From Asterionella formosa (Eukaryota): a stretch of 37,482 nt of DNA. Location: positions 1 to 37,482 of the forward strand of contig NKIB01015230.1 of assembly GCA_002256025.1 (NCBI GenBank). Reading direction: 5' to 3'. The translations under genes were made by a program, and so were the position numbers. The notes under the pieces are model-generated. The model saw only the letters and a list, made by a program, of their open reading frames with translations. It made no database searches and had not been told where the DNA came from. Shown here in pieces: positions 11,270 through 24,979 of this stretch; the first letter of the stretch is position 1, and each line of letters starts with the position of its first letter.

Positions 11270-14200
11270 TGTCTCCTCTTGCAAAAAACATACGTTTATG
11301 AATTTTCATTTCAGTTGAACTTTTCAAGGAACAAATACATGTTAAGAGAATGGTTGTTGTGTTGGAGAAAATAACATTTCCCCAAAAAAGTAGTTTTGCC
11401 AGAACTGAACTGTGTAGGAACTTGATTCATCTCCTTTCTCCCAGTTCACTTCGACCCAGTCAAACCATTCACGACCAGAGATTCCTGCATTTAAATCATT
11501 ATTTAATTTCGGATGGCTGATGGCATCTGAAAATAGTAGTTTGGCCGGGAACGTTACTTTCAATTTTAACATGATAATAAAAGTCAATCCTTACAATGTA
11601 AACAGGCCCAACCACATCTTCAAGACTTTTTATTCTTCCTATTTCTAATGCTGAATTCGCAATGCTCTTTACATAGTTGGCCCCCTTTGGCAAATCAGGA
11701 TGAACCAATTAAGACAAGGGTACATCCTTAATCCGTGATACATGCCCAATCTTACTAGGGACACCTGCTATAGTCCATAGACCATTTGATGATCAAGCAG
11801 AGACTGGAACTTTATCAGGAAGGGATGGTACATGGATCTTGGTAGGCGATATTCCCAAATTATCAGGCGACATACTAGGCAACATCCTTGTATCCTGAAT
11901 CATTCCCTCGAAATCAATTTCTGTTGAAATACCCTCAGTTACATTCATATGTACTACTTTACTCATCTTCTTTTGTTTGTTTTCCGTATGTAATGTATCA
12001 CTTGCAAAAACAATTTTTCGTGTCAAGGAAAACTGCCTTGTTTCATATGACCTTGTTAAAATGTCATGCTTTAATCGATGTAAATGCCTGTCCATCGACA
12101 CGCTTACTGGGTCGCTCGTTTCAATTTGTCTTTCAAAAAAGACTCCAAATATTCACCAAAGAAACTAAGAGGAGATCCGAACTTCCTAATCAGATGAGGT
12201 TAATGTTTCATTCCATGAAATTTTGCCATTCGTAAGCCAATTTGAGATATCATTTCCTGTTGGGGACCAATCATAATCTTAGCAACTGACGTAAATCTCT
12301 TAACCCTTACCTCTAAAATATCAATACATGTTGATGTATACTGCGGTATGAATAAAGTGTCATTGATAGATAGACATAACCATAACAGCAATTTGAAATC
12401 CTTTTCTAGTTGCATGTTCTCTGAACCCATCATTCCATCCATTGAAAAAATAGTTAGCAGACATAATCCGGGAATTTCTTGCTCTGACATTTTTGACAAA
12501 GCTGTCATCCCAGATCTGTATGACAATTTTGGAATATCATGATCGCTTTGCCTTTCCAAATGACTATTGATATATCTAGCACATTGTTCGAAGTATAGTT
12601 TCGAAAATACATTTTCTGGTGCTGGTACAAGTGTTGGATCTTGATTTTCGCCAGTTTAGATATTTTAGGTAACTGGTGCGTGTGTCCTTTTTGGTCTTTG
12701 CCCGTTTCTTCGGTTTATCTTGATCAAGAAAAGCAGTGTCAGTTGTTTCAGTGATACGTTTATGACCGTAGATGGTCTCTGGAATATCTGGTGATTTTCT
12801 TTCTTTAAAAAAACAAGTCCATTATTCAGGGATAGTCCGATAATTGTAAAGTGATTCCAAAGTGTGCGAACTTAAATATTTCAAGTACTTGATCAACAAC
12901 CTCAAATGGAGTTGCACCAAATAATCCTTTTGAGTCACTACCAAAAAAATGATTTATTAGTGCAGGCATAATAGGATTATGCGAAATAACACGGCACCAC
13001 TCGTTTGCTGTTGCGTATTTGCCATTAGATTGGGAGACACAAGGCATACTCAGGTTGGACACATGGTAATTTTCCATCAGGATATATATTTCTGTCAAGA
13101 AATTTGTTTAAATACTTTTTAACATCTGAAACTTTACGACGTTCACATCCAATATCAGGATTATCAGCATCTTCAGTTGAAACCTGGCAATCACGACAAA
13201 CACATCGTTGATATAATCCATAACCACCCCTGAAACCACAAGTTTTGTTGTGCTCTTCTGTATCACCAATGATCATTCCAATCTGGAAATAAACTTTTTT
13301 CATACCGTGACCATGAACCCAAATATCGTATTACTTGTTTGGATCGCTCTTCGAAAGGCGACAATAGAAATCCTGTGACAGAATGGTATGATTTGAGTCT
13401 ACACAAGGACAAGTTGTTGCTCACCAGATTACTTATTATTCATTTGATTCTCCAAATCACTGACTTCAATGTGAAGGTCTGGCAAAAGAGATACCAATTG
13501 CCATCCATCAACTTTTTTCCTTCCTTCCAACGTTAAGTTTAACATTGTCAACAAAAACGGATGCTCGGAATGTTTCATTTGTTTATCAATAGGTGAACCA
13601 TCACTGAAAACTGCTCGGGCAAAATATCAAACCAAGTCGCAGAAGTTACTTCATCATGTATGCGTTTTCCACAAGTTGTAAGTTTCACTTGTGGGTGACA
13701 TACAAAATGTTGCATGATATTGGAATCAAGTTGCAATCCTGCCTTGAGCTGTACTGGTTCGAAATAATGGAGTGTGCGTGGGATGATCATGTCTGAATTG
13801 TTATAAATCTGTATTTGTTTGGTCCACAGGTGACCACCAGCTAATGCTGGTGGAAATGAAATATCCATGCGTTTTTTCAAAAGTCTGGTAGAATGGACGA
13901 GCTTGATACCTTCCTTGCATTATAATATTTCATTGCTTTTGCCTTGAACAGCCATTTCATGAGATGATCAAAGTAAACTGGTGGAAGGTAATTCTCGTTA
14001 AGGAATAACATGAGTTCAAATTCGATTGAATGCATGTTTAGAAAATGTTTACTTGGAAGATGAAATTGAGGAGGAAGGGGCATTTCCATTGCATTTTCAG
14101 GGAGAAAGCCGGTGTGATCTTGGAAATCTGAATATTGCATGGTCTCTGAATTCAATCCATGAAGATTTTTTAGTCCTAATTGTTCGTCTTGTTGTGACTG

Positions 14201-14500
14201 AATATTGTTATAAACTGAATTGTCGCTGTCGTCATGAAATGGATGATTGTGGCCACTTGATTCAAGGATAGGAAACATAATCTCTTCTTGTTGTCTACTC
14301 TCCCTAAATGCTGCAGCAGTTACACTGCCATTAACTTCTTTCCTTGAATGATTCGATGCACTACCGCAATACATAGTTTCATTATGTATTCCAGGAACTC
14401 GATGTTCTTGCATGCAATGTCGACAGTGACCATATGCATAGAATAAACGGTTGCTACAATTTCTGTTGTGCGACTCAGATGGGGATTTGTTCTTCCGAAG
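11270..14500 (-). pseudogene. Plavaka-like transposase, near full length but multiply disrupted
   Basis: Collinear minus-strand fragments: N-terminal CxxC (HCRHC), LMLFLNENYLPPVYFDHLMKW, RIHDEVTSATWF, IIGDTEEHNKTCG...CRDC, FGATPFEV, RQSDHDIPKLSYRSG, KFHGMKH, REWFDWVEVNW. This is the motif order I recall for Plavaka transposases (PF18759). Confidence 0.72.
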
Positions 14501-17299
14501 TTTGTAGTTACACAGATAACACCATTGTAATGTCCGCAAAGACATAGCAAAGAATTTCAAATGATGACCAATTCAGGATATGAACAGGATAGAATGAAAA
14601 TGAATTAATAAAAATAAATTGAGCATCACTCCGAACATGCTGTGCTGGACAATACAGAGTCATGAAATTATCACTCCACCATGGTAGTAAAAATGGAAGT
14701 ATACCGCTACATACAGTACTGGCGCAACTACTAGTTGTATAGAGCAGCATCAATGTTTTCCTAACATCTATGATATGGTTTGTGCATTGTAGAAGTTTCA
14801 CACTAACTATGATTATTATGAAACTACTAAGTATGCATTGGATTCTATTAGATCCATTCAAAATCAATGTCATCATCAATGTTCTGTTGATTAATGCGGT
14901 CATTGTAATGAATATTCTTCTCAGGAACATTTGGTTGAAGTGGTTCAACATATTGATGCATAACCTCATTACTTACATTGGGAAATGAAAGTATGGGTGT
15001 GGGTAGATGATATTTGGTGTGGAAGTAGCAATTCCACTAGGATTCCTTCCATATTCAGATCGATTCTTTTGTGAAAGTCCAGTGTAGATTTCCTTACAAT
15101 AACCGATTAAATCAACATCATCAGTCCGTTGATCAGTGAGACCATTTGAAACTGAACTTTCTTCCCTCACACTGTTTTGATAAGTGGTTTCCCACCAATG
15201 TCGACAAAATCAGTAGAATGGGCGACGAATATCGTTCTCTGAAATTTCCTGCGTATCTGGATTGAAACCCAAATATTTTTGTTGCAATCGGAATTTTCCT
15301 TTCAGCACCAAGAAGCAAAATGATTCTGTACTGGAATTGATCAGCGAACCAACAAAACGTGATTGCAATTCACACTACTTGGTTGAAATTTGGTCACACC
15401 AGATTCGTCTCGTGTCAAAATTGCTTCTCCACGGCTTGTCCTGCCTATAAAATACACTGGAGCAAGAACATCACACCAGACTTGGTATCCTTGGCTTCTC
15501 CTGTCAATGTCCTTTGACGGCGCAAAACGATAAAGCGTGAACGCCCAGCTAATAAAGTCCTCAATATCCATAGTCTGGAAGTTATATTCTGTTAGACTAG
15601 CTGGTTTGTCATGAATTATGTTAGCATTTTTAATTCAAACATATTTGATAAGAATATAATCACTGACTCAAAACATCATGCTTTCAGAGCATCTCCCGCC
15701 CTGCAAGAACTTACCTAATATTCCTTTAAATTGATTATTCAATACGACATTCTGACATTCTCTCAACTTTTTAAATTGAATGGTCTAAATAATTAATTCC
15801 AATGGACGTAGAAAATATTGATGCAAACAAATTTCAAAAAAAACCAGTACCGGTACATCACACGAAGTCGTGGAAAACAATGGACATATAGTGCATTGAA
15901 TGTTTTCGAATTATCTATATGCAAATATGATCATCTCAGCAATACCAGACGTTCCATATTGAGAATGCCTTTGATTTTTATAAATGTACGACACTTGATA
16001 AATTTATACATTTACAAATTTTATAACTATATACATGGCAAATATATTTAAAATCGTTCTGTCATGTTAACAAACAATGCCTGCTTCATGAAAAGAAATA
16101 TCGGAGTAAAGCACATGACAAGAAAGGAAAAGTTTACGCAATAACAAAAAACACTGTGGCTTCGGCACATTGCTCCTTCGAAGGATGGAGTATGTTTAAG
16201 GTAATGAAGCCATCAATGTGGTACTTGGATGAATTTCGTTGGGAGGCAGGACAACAACAAATTGTAAACTAAACTCACATTTCCTTTTTTCTCAGTTGAA
16301 TCAACGGCTCGTTTTGCTTGTTGAGGAGCACCTATGTAAAACAAAACAAATCAAGATTGGTAAGTGCTCTTGTCATTGGACTTATTCACTTATGATGGAA
16401 CATCACTGATGGACATGCCACTTTACCTTCTCTCAAAGTTAAGCTAACGAAAATGAATCGGTGAGTTTTATTCGGCAACATTGGAAACCTGAAACCTACT
16501 TATTCAAGAATTTAATGACAATTTACTATTACAGACTTATACATCACTTGCTTTGATTTGGCTGTAGTAAGTGAAGCAAGCAAGAGGATACGATGGAATG
16601 GCGTGATGTTGTGTCAGTGTAACATGTCTAGCTATCAAGTCATTCCTTCTCATTGTAACTGTAACTGCATAGGACAATAAAACCGATCAAACAACGGAAT
16701 AGTCGGCGAGTTCAGAATGACACTATCAGCAGGGAGAGAGACGCAACATTAGTAAGCATTGATTGGCACAAGATTCAGAAAAGAGGAAGAAAAGGGCGAG
16801 ACAGGAACAATATACATTGAGCCGAGTAGAGAGAGACGTAGGGTCGCTGGCATGTAGATTAATAGATAGCATCGCTAAATTTGATAGTTAAATTACGATC
16901 CATTTCAATATATTTTGAACAATGCTTGTGATAAGAATTATGATGATGTTTACGATAGATTTACGATGAAAAAATTTAAATGATAGCATAGAGTTGAGCT
17001 GATTTTAGGATGCATTGTAGAAATAATTTACATCGGGCAATCATGAGAATTGAAAATAATATGAGAAGGTTTATGATGATGATGAGTAATGTTGTTGATC
17101 AGTTGATATACATTGTGTGATGATAATGTTCTTATTATCATTATACTTCAAGGTCGGTAAAGTATTAATAAATCATCATAGTTATAGGATACCTTGATCA
17201 TAATTTTGATCCAAAAATTATCATATATACGAAAATCCTGTGCCACTTAGCTTACAATACCCTTGATCCTATATGCATGATACTTTTTATTTGCAGACG

Positions 17300-19401
17300 C
17301 CATTTTCTTCTTGTTTTTGTCGTATTTCTTGAACTTTCCTCTATGCTTCTTTACCCATGCATTCCAGGCATGATAAGAGCACATACCAAATGTAAATTCT
17401 GCATTTGGCCAAATCTTCTTGACAGCCTTGCGACAAGCTTAAGTATAATCAGTCATCGTCTGTATGATAAAGTCTGGTGAGTCCGGTTCCCAGCACCAAG
17501 GAGTTTCGCCATGGGGAAGAGGAGAATTTTCGATGCGTGCTGGAGTGTCGCCTGCAGGTGACAATGGCAGGATGGAAAAGTTAATGGGATCTACCACTTT
17601 TTTCCCAGAAGAGGAAGCATAATCATCTGACGAACTATCTCCTGAACTCTTCAAGATGCTATCATCCTCCTCAGAGGAGGATGAATTGTGAGATGAGTTG
17701 GAAGAACTAGAAATTTCGTATTTGTGGAGCGAGTTTTGACAAAAAGTAATTCATATATACACACAACAATTCCAAATATAATGCCGATATGATGTATGAT
17801 GTTGACTTTTACTGCCGAGTAGTAATGACAGACCTACAGGATTACATGTTACTTCCAACTGCTGGTACCACAACATATGTATATAGTTATGTATATTAAA
17901 TATGCTTAGCATGCATAATGAATATGCCTGGCATGCTTAATACTGGGTACCAGATACCATCAGGCAGTAATTCCATGTGTGTTTGTACAGCTCCCTGTGG
18001 TATGGGGTCGATGAGACAGCAACTCCATCTGGACGATGACGAAATTATGGAGTTGAATATCTTCACGAATATTGAAAATGAACAATTCCTATTTCGCACG
18101 TGTATGTACACTAACATATACGAGATTATCGTTCAATAATAAAATATTTTGCACTAGTATTGACAACAAAAAGTTCAAATCGGCGCTGGAAGTTGTTTTT
18201 GGTCGTCATTTGCTCAGTTTTGAAGATATGACCAAAAACGTGACAGTGTTGAGTCCGCGGTGATTAGCTTGATAACTTTGACTAGAAAAGGTTTCCTTTG
18301 TTTTGTAGAAATAGATCAGAAAACCTAAGTGACAGTATTCTCGGAGAAGGTACAACATTTCAAGATGCAAGAAAATACTCTGTCAATTTTGTAGTGAGTT
18401 TCGTGTAGGTACTAATTGTTGTGGTACATATTTCTATGGATTCTTGATAAGGTAATTTGACAGCTTACTAAAGACATACTTTCAGCCATTCAACAATAGA
18501 TGGCTTGTTCCTTAAGCGAATAAAAATTTCGCATCGCGGATATGATCACGAACTCCCCTGACTGACGGTTTATGCGTTTCGGACACTTTTATGCAAAAAA
18601 TGTATTTTTTCTGCAAAAATAGGTTTAAGTGACATCCTTTCAGCATCATAACATCCATAGTAAGTCTGATTTATAGCAATACATGACTTACCTGTTCACA
18701 GCAAAATTTCTTGGTTTTGAAAATATAACTAACAACTTTTGTGACAACAGAGGCATCCATTTTAGCTAAAAACAAATGTCGTGCTGAATTTGCTGCTAAA
18801 GCGGATGAATCTTCATAGACACATAATGATGAAACTTGAACTGAATGTTGTCCTTTGTAGTGATTGAGGTCAGATGAGATTTTATAGTAAGAACGAACAA
18901 GGTCAGTGTGGATTTCTTGAAGACTGGTGTGCTCACCTTTGCGTTTGTTGTGGATTTCTTGAAGACTGATGCGCTCATCTTTGAGTTTGTCATACTTCAC
19001 CTGATCACTCCGATTGCAAAGCTTTTCAAAAACAAAAGGAGGGTGAATATTATGGGTGGTCTCAATAGCAGCAGCCTTTCTTGAACCGGAATCGAATAAA
19101 TCATCATCTTCATTCTCACTGGCAGAATTTAAGACAGAATCAACGGGAGTAGAACGATTGAAACGAGCCATTGTAGTATCAGTAGTAAAAGGAGGATTTA
19201 CGTTCTTTGTTGGAATGTACGGAGTGGAAGGTGTGGCACCACCAAAGGTGTCATGAACAGTATACTGCTTTTGCCTTTTATTAAAATAACTGGTAGGAAA
19301 GGTTCCAAAGCAGCTATCACTCGCTTTGGAGCCAAATCCGGCATTCTCCTTGCAACTGACGCATCTCGTACTGGTTTTGTAGTCACGGGTTTTGGAGGCA
19401 T
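17300..19401 (-). pseudogene. Unknown intron-containing gene, decayed (Z copy 1)
   Basis: Probable start MPPKPVTTKP at 19401, then a frameshift into the long frame (...YYKISSDLNHYKG...FKTKKFCCEQ). There is a GTAAGT donor at about 18691, a tttttgcag acceptor at about 18609, and a Ser/Asp-rich then Lys-rich tail near 17300-17720. Confidence 0.5.
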
Positions 19402-19568
19402 GATTGTATAACAGGTGGTGTGGTGAGGAATGACAAGAAGCATGTGATGAAGTGTCGCTAAAAATTAAGGGAAATGTGAGTTCGTAAATGCTCTTACAAG
19501 TTCCGTTGCGATGGACAAATAACATAACGGTAGCTACTTACACACTTATGGATATAAAGATAGTGTGC

Positions 19569-19569
<1 letters not shown>

Positions 19570-19599
<30 letters not shown>
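19570..19599. repeat. (TA)n microsatellite
   Basis: About 15 TA units. Confidence 0.95.
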
Positions 19600-19603
<4 letters not shown>

Positions 19604-21705
19604 TACACACACAACTGGAAAAAGATCATACTTCCAGCTACGTACATCATCATATCATGTCCTTCAACAAGATGTACACAGTTGTTCATAACTACCGGTA
19701 CCTTGTTACTACGTACTCCTAGCAGTCCTTACTTGTGAACATGATAGATGTAGATGAAATAGAGCCCTATTAACAACAATGCAGGTTTTAAAATGCATTA
19801 CTGTACACCACGATAATACAAACACTAGAATTAAGATCATAAACAACTAATCGTAAGATCATTTTACGCCAAATGTTTTACAACGACCGCAGTACATATT
19901 CATACTTCGCATCCTAACCTTAACCCTTTATTGTGTATATGTCACATCCATGATGGGGCTTCATTGTATCATTAACTATTACTCCGTACCGAATTGTCGT
20001 ACAACCTATATTTATCCACTATATTAGGTCATGGTAAATAGTGAACTCATACAGCATTTTATATATTCTAATATCACTTACTGAAATTTTTGCAGACTAA
20101 TTTCAAAACAAATGAAATCATACAACATTGTATAAAATCGAATTAAGTATCGGTAATATTGATGATATTCAGCTATGTGTACGATAGTACACGGGTGTTT
20201 GAAATATTCAAACATACAAATAGTATATATGGTTGGCTCAATTGTATTGGGACTCGTGGCTGTGTACATCTTCATTCTTATGCATGCTACACGAAATGTA
20301 TAAAAAACATACAGATACGGAGTTTATTACAGCTACAGATCAATTTACCGATACCTTGCGACTTCATTGGAATCACAATAAGGAATGGTGCTGAACATAA
20401 GGCTGAAAGACACGGTAGGTCAATGGAATATGTCAGAATATTCAATTGTTGGGTTGACAGTAACTCAATGTGTGCATTCTCTTCAAGTGTTTATTTGCTT
20501 ACCTGTGGGGACAAATTCAATGTGAAGAAATGACGGTCGCGGTAAGTGCTGTTGTTGGATCAATGTTCACAAGAATCACCCGTCAGAACATAAGTAACAC
20601 ATCCTTTTATTTCTATCAGTTTAATTGTATACAAAGCGTTTATGGAAGTTAAGAACATCAATGTCTTCACGATTTATTTAGGAATATGGAAACTGAACAT
20701 GGATTCGTATCATTGTTGCGGTAAATGACCATACCATCATGATTGGAATTGACTGTTGTATTAAAAGCTAGACAAGACAAGCCTAACAAACAATTCCTTC
20801 CCATTAGTTAATACAGTGAACAATCGAAATGGATCGTTTGACACATTGTGATGGGAAAACCTGTGTGACAGAATACATCTATTCATGGTAAGTGAAAAAG
20901 AATGGAACTGCATGTTGTTGCATAAGAATAATATGACTAACATGTATTTGATTTGCAGTTGTTACAACATTAACATGAATACTAATAATGAAGGAAAGCT
21001 CTGATATGGAGAAGAAGGGAATGAGGAGAGGCAACCCGCCGCTATCAGCGATATCAGCCAGTTTATCCTTTGGAATCAGACAAGTACAAGGGAAAGGACG
21101 AAGTGGGCAGTTACAGTTGTGTCAGAACGGGGTAGCAGGGAAGCAGCAGAAAAGAGAATGAACAGGAGTCAGACAGCGTGAGATAACTGTTTATATAGAT
21201 AGATTGAAACAATTCTAAATTCAGTAGTTAAATTACAATCCGTTTCGACATAATTTGGACAATTACTTCATAGAGATACGATGGTAATAATATGGCTATA
21301 AGATGAACAAATACACAATAAAGGATGTGGCTAAGGTAAATCGATGATGGTCTTGTAAAAAAATTAGTAATTCATAGTCATGAGAAGAGCGATTGAAATT
21401 CAAAGTGAAGTAGCTAGTGATTTCGACTTGAGTTGTTGTTACTCAATTACTGTATTTGTATGATTACTTTGTGTTTACCGTTATGAATCAATATGGATCA
21501 ATATCAGAACAATATGATCAAAGATTATAAGTATAAACATGCTTATCAAATATTCATATATAAGGTATGTACCTGTAACACAAATAACAAAATGTGTATC
21601 ATGCACAGAAAAATTCTGTGCCAGTTTTCGTACGATACCCCTGATCTTATATGTACGATAATATTTATTTGCAGACGCTGTTTTACAGTACCTGCAATTC
21701 ATGAA

Positions 21706-22314
21706 CTATAATATCAAAATTACATGTTCACAGCAAAACTTCTTGGTCTTGAAATTAAATCTTACAACCTCTGTGAGGATTGATGGTTCAAATTTAACTA
21801 AGTGGGAACGACGTTCTGTATAAGGTTGCTGAAATAGAAGAATCTTGATAACCATGTATGGACGAGTTTTGAACCGAATTACGACCTTTGTAGTGATTAA
21901 GTTCATTGACCAATTGATAATATCCTTTGGCAAGTGCAAAGTTTTTTTCTCTGAGTTTTTCATGTACCAGTTGGTCCGTATGATTAGAAAATTTATGGTA
22001 TGGAACCATGTTGTCCGTCTGCATCCAGGAATTATTACTGGTATTATCAACAGGAGCCATTTTTGTTGTAGCAACAACTAAAAAAGAAACGTTGTCATTG
22101 CTTTCAGTAGCAATGAGGGGATCCTGCTGTGTAGCTGATGGTGTCCCTGTGGACAATGGGGTAGTACCCCCACTAACTCCTCCCTGTTGCTTGCCAATTG
22201 TGTTCCTTTGGATAATCGCCGATTTGCTTGTTCTTTGTGAACTCATTTTGGTACTAGCTTCTTTGTTCCATACCGGCTGTTTCCATGAACCTCTTTATGG
22301 TTTTTTGAAGGCAT
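21706..22314 (-). pseudogene. Truncated paralog of the 17300-19401 gene (Z copy 2)
   Basis: YYQLVNELNHYKGRNSVQNSSI and VVRFNFKTKKFCCEH match copy 1. About 1.35 kb of downstream sequence present in copy 1 is missing here. Confidence 0.6.
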
Positions 22315-23409
22315 TTTACTACTAGATAACTGTTGTTGTTGTCTTCCTGAAAGTTCAATGATCTTAAAATCAGGTGTTGCTAGCTACAATGAAATGAATC
22401 ATCAGCTACTACATATAATATTTTACGCTGTCTAGATATGATACCATAAAACTAACAGTGCTATTTACATTATCATATACAAAATCAGAACCGAGTTTGA
22501 GTAATAGCATATCTTCCTTTCAATTATAAGATTATACGATCCTGAAACTATGATGATTTAGTGTCCCGCTGCAGTAGCAACAATCCTAAACATGTGGTGC
22601 TCTGTTGCTCGTTGCTTACTACTCTGAGTACCCCCATTATGTCACTTCCTACCTGCTTCTGGTACTCTGTATATACTATATGAGAAAATATTATGATCAT
22701 ATGATGTACACAGCATGTACATTGCTTTATCACTCCCACCAAATGAGGGGCTTAAATAAATAGTTACCAAAACCTTTCGTCTAGATATTGATACAAACGG
22801 TTTATGACTGCCGCCAATTGAATGGCCTAAATAATTAGATGCAACTGACGTATAAAATATTGAAGCAAACAAATTTCAGAAACAGTACACGAATTCGTGG
22901 AAAACAATTGACATATCAAGCATTGAATATTGTCGAATTATGTATATGCGAATATGATCACGGGTCATAGCAGATGTGCCATATTGAGAGTGCCTTTGAA
23001 TTTTATAAATGTGCGACACGTGATATATTTATATATTTACAAATTTTATAACTATATACATGGCAAATATATTTGAAATCGTTCTACCATGTTGTTGATA
23101 CATGTCTGCTTTGTGAAAAGAAATATCGTAGTAGTACTAGCACATTACAAGGAAAAGTTTATGCAATAACGAAAAGCATTGTGGCTTCGACACATTGCGC
23201 CTTCGAAGGATGGAGTATGTTTACTAAGCAAATGAATCTATCAATGTGGTACGTGGATGGCAATTGTTGCGACAACAACAGCAAAGAGTAAACTAAACGC
23301 ATGTTTCCTTTCTTCTCAGTTGATTCAATAGCTCATTTCCCTTGTAAGGGAGCAACAATGTAAAGCAAAAGAAAATTGGTAAGTGCTCTTGTTGTTGGAC
23401 CTATTCACT

Positions 23410-24440
23410 AGCCATTTCAGATGATTTTCACAAGGTGCTAAGCTGTACCGGCTTCTCAAGGATGCAATTGCATAGCACAAGTCAAACCTACCACAGCTAA
23501 TGAGCCAATGGGCAATGCCAACTAATTGTTGGTAGAGCCTACTATGTTTTTCACAGTCCAGTAGTGGTGACTCGTCTAGCTCTGGATGAAAGGTAGATGA
23601 CATTGGTGTCTTTTCCTTTCCTAGTTCCTTATGGCCTAATACTAGCTAGGATACACACTCTTTCAAGTGCCTGCTTAACCTAGGTTTCTGTTCCTAGTAT
23701 GCTCTATTTTCCATCTGTTCCGAAAGTGAAATCGCATCCTAAATGGAATGACGGTACACCTATCTTCTTGATCACATACTTATCCTGGAGAACAGAGGGA
23801 TGTCGGCCCGGTCACGCCTCTTTGAAAGGTAGGGAAGGAATTCCTTGTTTCTTCCTCCAATCAATTAATTTTCCATGCCAGGGATCTGGAGGCTTGATGT
23901 CCTTGTTCATATTTGTCCCTCTGATCTGGGGACGGTCCTGCTGCTTTGTACCATTTCTTGTGAGGATACCATTCAGCACAGCTGCTGTGAAGTCTAATGG
24001 GTCAGCTGATACAAGCCGACCCAAGATTGCTTGTTGTTCCTGAATCCATGTCTTGAAGGCTAAGAGGTGCTTCAATTTGATGGCTGTTGGGCGTGTTGTG
24101 GCTATCCAGCAGGAATTGAGTAGACCATCATCCATGGAGCTTAGTTCAGATGTAGACGCAACGTCTTGACCTAATAGCCTGTTGATTGAATGCTTGTTCA
24201 GTCCAACAACATTGAGTAAGGTGTCGTAGAAGGTGTGATCCTCCTCCATGGAGGCAACCTTGTTGTCTTCCATGATTAAACAGGTTCTGTGACTCTGTTA
24301 ATTTGCTGATTATCAGGCGTCCCTGGTACACACAAGATATTTGCATATGAGGACAAATGATTCACAGGATCAAACAAACATCTGGTTTGCACAAGCGTCC
24401 TCTTTCTTGATAGTACAATTTTTGGGGAGACAAAACTCCC
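23410..24440 (-). mobile_element. Internally deleted Ty1/Copia (CoDi-like) remnant: gag N-terminus joined to RT C-terminus
   Basis: TPMSSTFHPELDESPLLD...YQQLVGIAHWLISCGRFDLCYAIASL.RYSLAPCENHL is Copia RT. ORF 23812-24273 is gag-like (IKPPDPWHG). Homology of module X to 16390 stops abruptly at 23409. Confidence 0.8.
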
Positions 24441-24979
24441 CATTTTTTCTGCCCTGATTAAGGAGCGGCATGGTGGAAGACATAAGCACGGGATTTATGG
24501 TACCTGGTAACCTGGTACCAGGTACTATGAAAACACCTAGGTAATAAATATGATTGCTTGACAGTAGCTACATGTGAAAACGGACGGACAGACGGACAGA
24601 CGGACATTCTACAGCAAGTGTACCGGTAGACTTTTAGAGGGCACTTACGTACTGGGTACCAGTAAAAGACTGCCATGACCCATTGAGTTAGGGTGTTTGA
24701 CTGACTTCTCCGACTGAAGGTAAATTCTATCGAATTTCGGACCCATCTATTCGATAGTGTCAGAACAGCATTGATCAATCAAGTTGTCCTGTTGAAATTC
24801 TAATCGAACGATTACATCAGGAGATAAAATGATAATAAAAAAACTAAGAAGTGATTTCAATGGGTCATGGCAGTATATACTTTTATCTCGATAAATGTAT
24901 ATAAATTTATATACATTTCCGAGGACGGATTAAGTCATGTGTTAACGCACTTTTATTTCATTAACCTTTTTACTAAAAA

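Larger units (their letters stand above)
15750..23410. repeat. Degenerate multi-kb tandem array (about 2.2 units; modules X-Y-Z, Y-Z, X)
   Basis: X: about 15790-16390 matches 22830-23409 (atttacaaattttataactatatacatggcaaatatattt is identical). Y: about 16860-17300 matches 21195-21678 (tagttaaattac.atcc.tttc; gaaaat.ctgtgcca; tttatttgcagacgc). Z: about 18693-18900 matches 21726-21930 (tgttcacagcaaaa.ttcttggt; LNHYKG). Confidence 0.85.
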
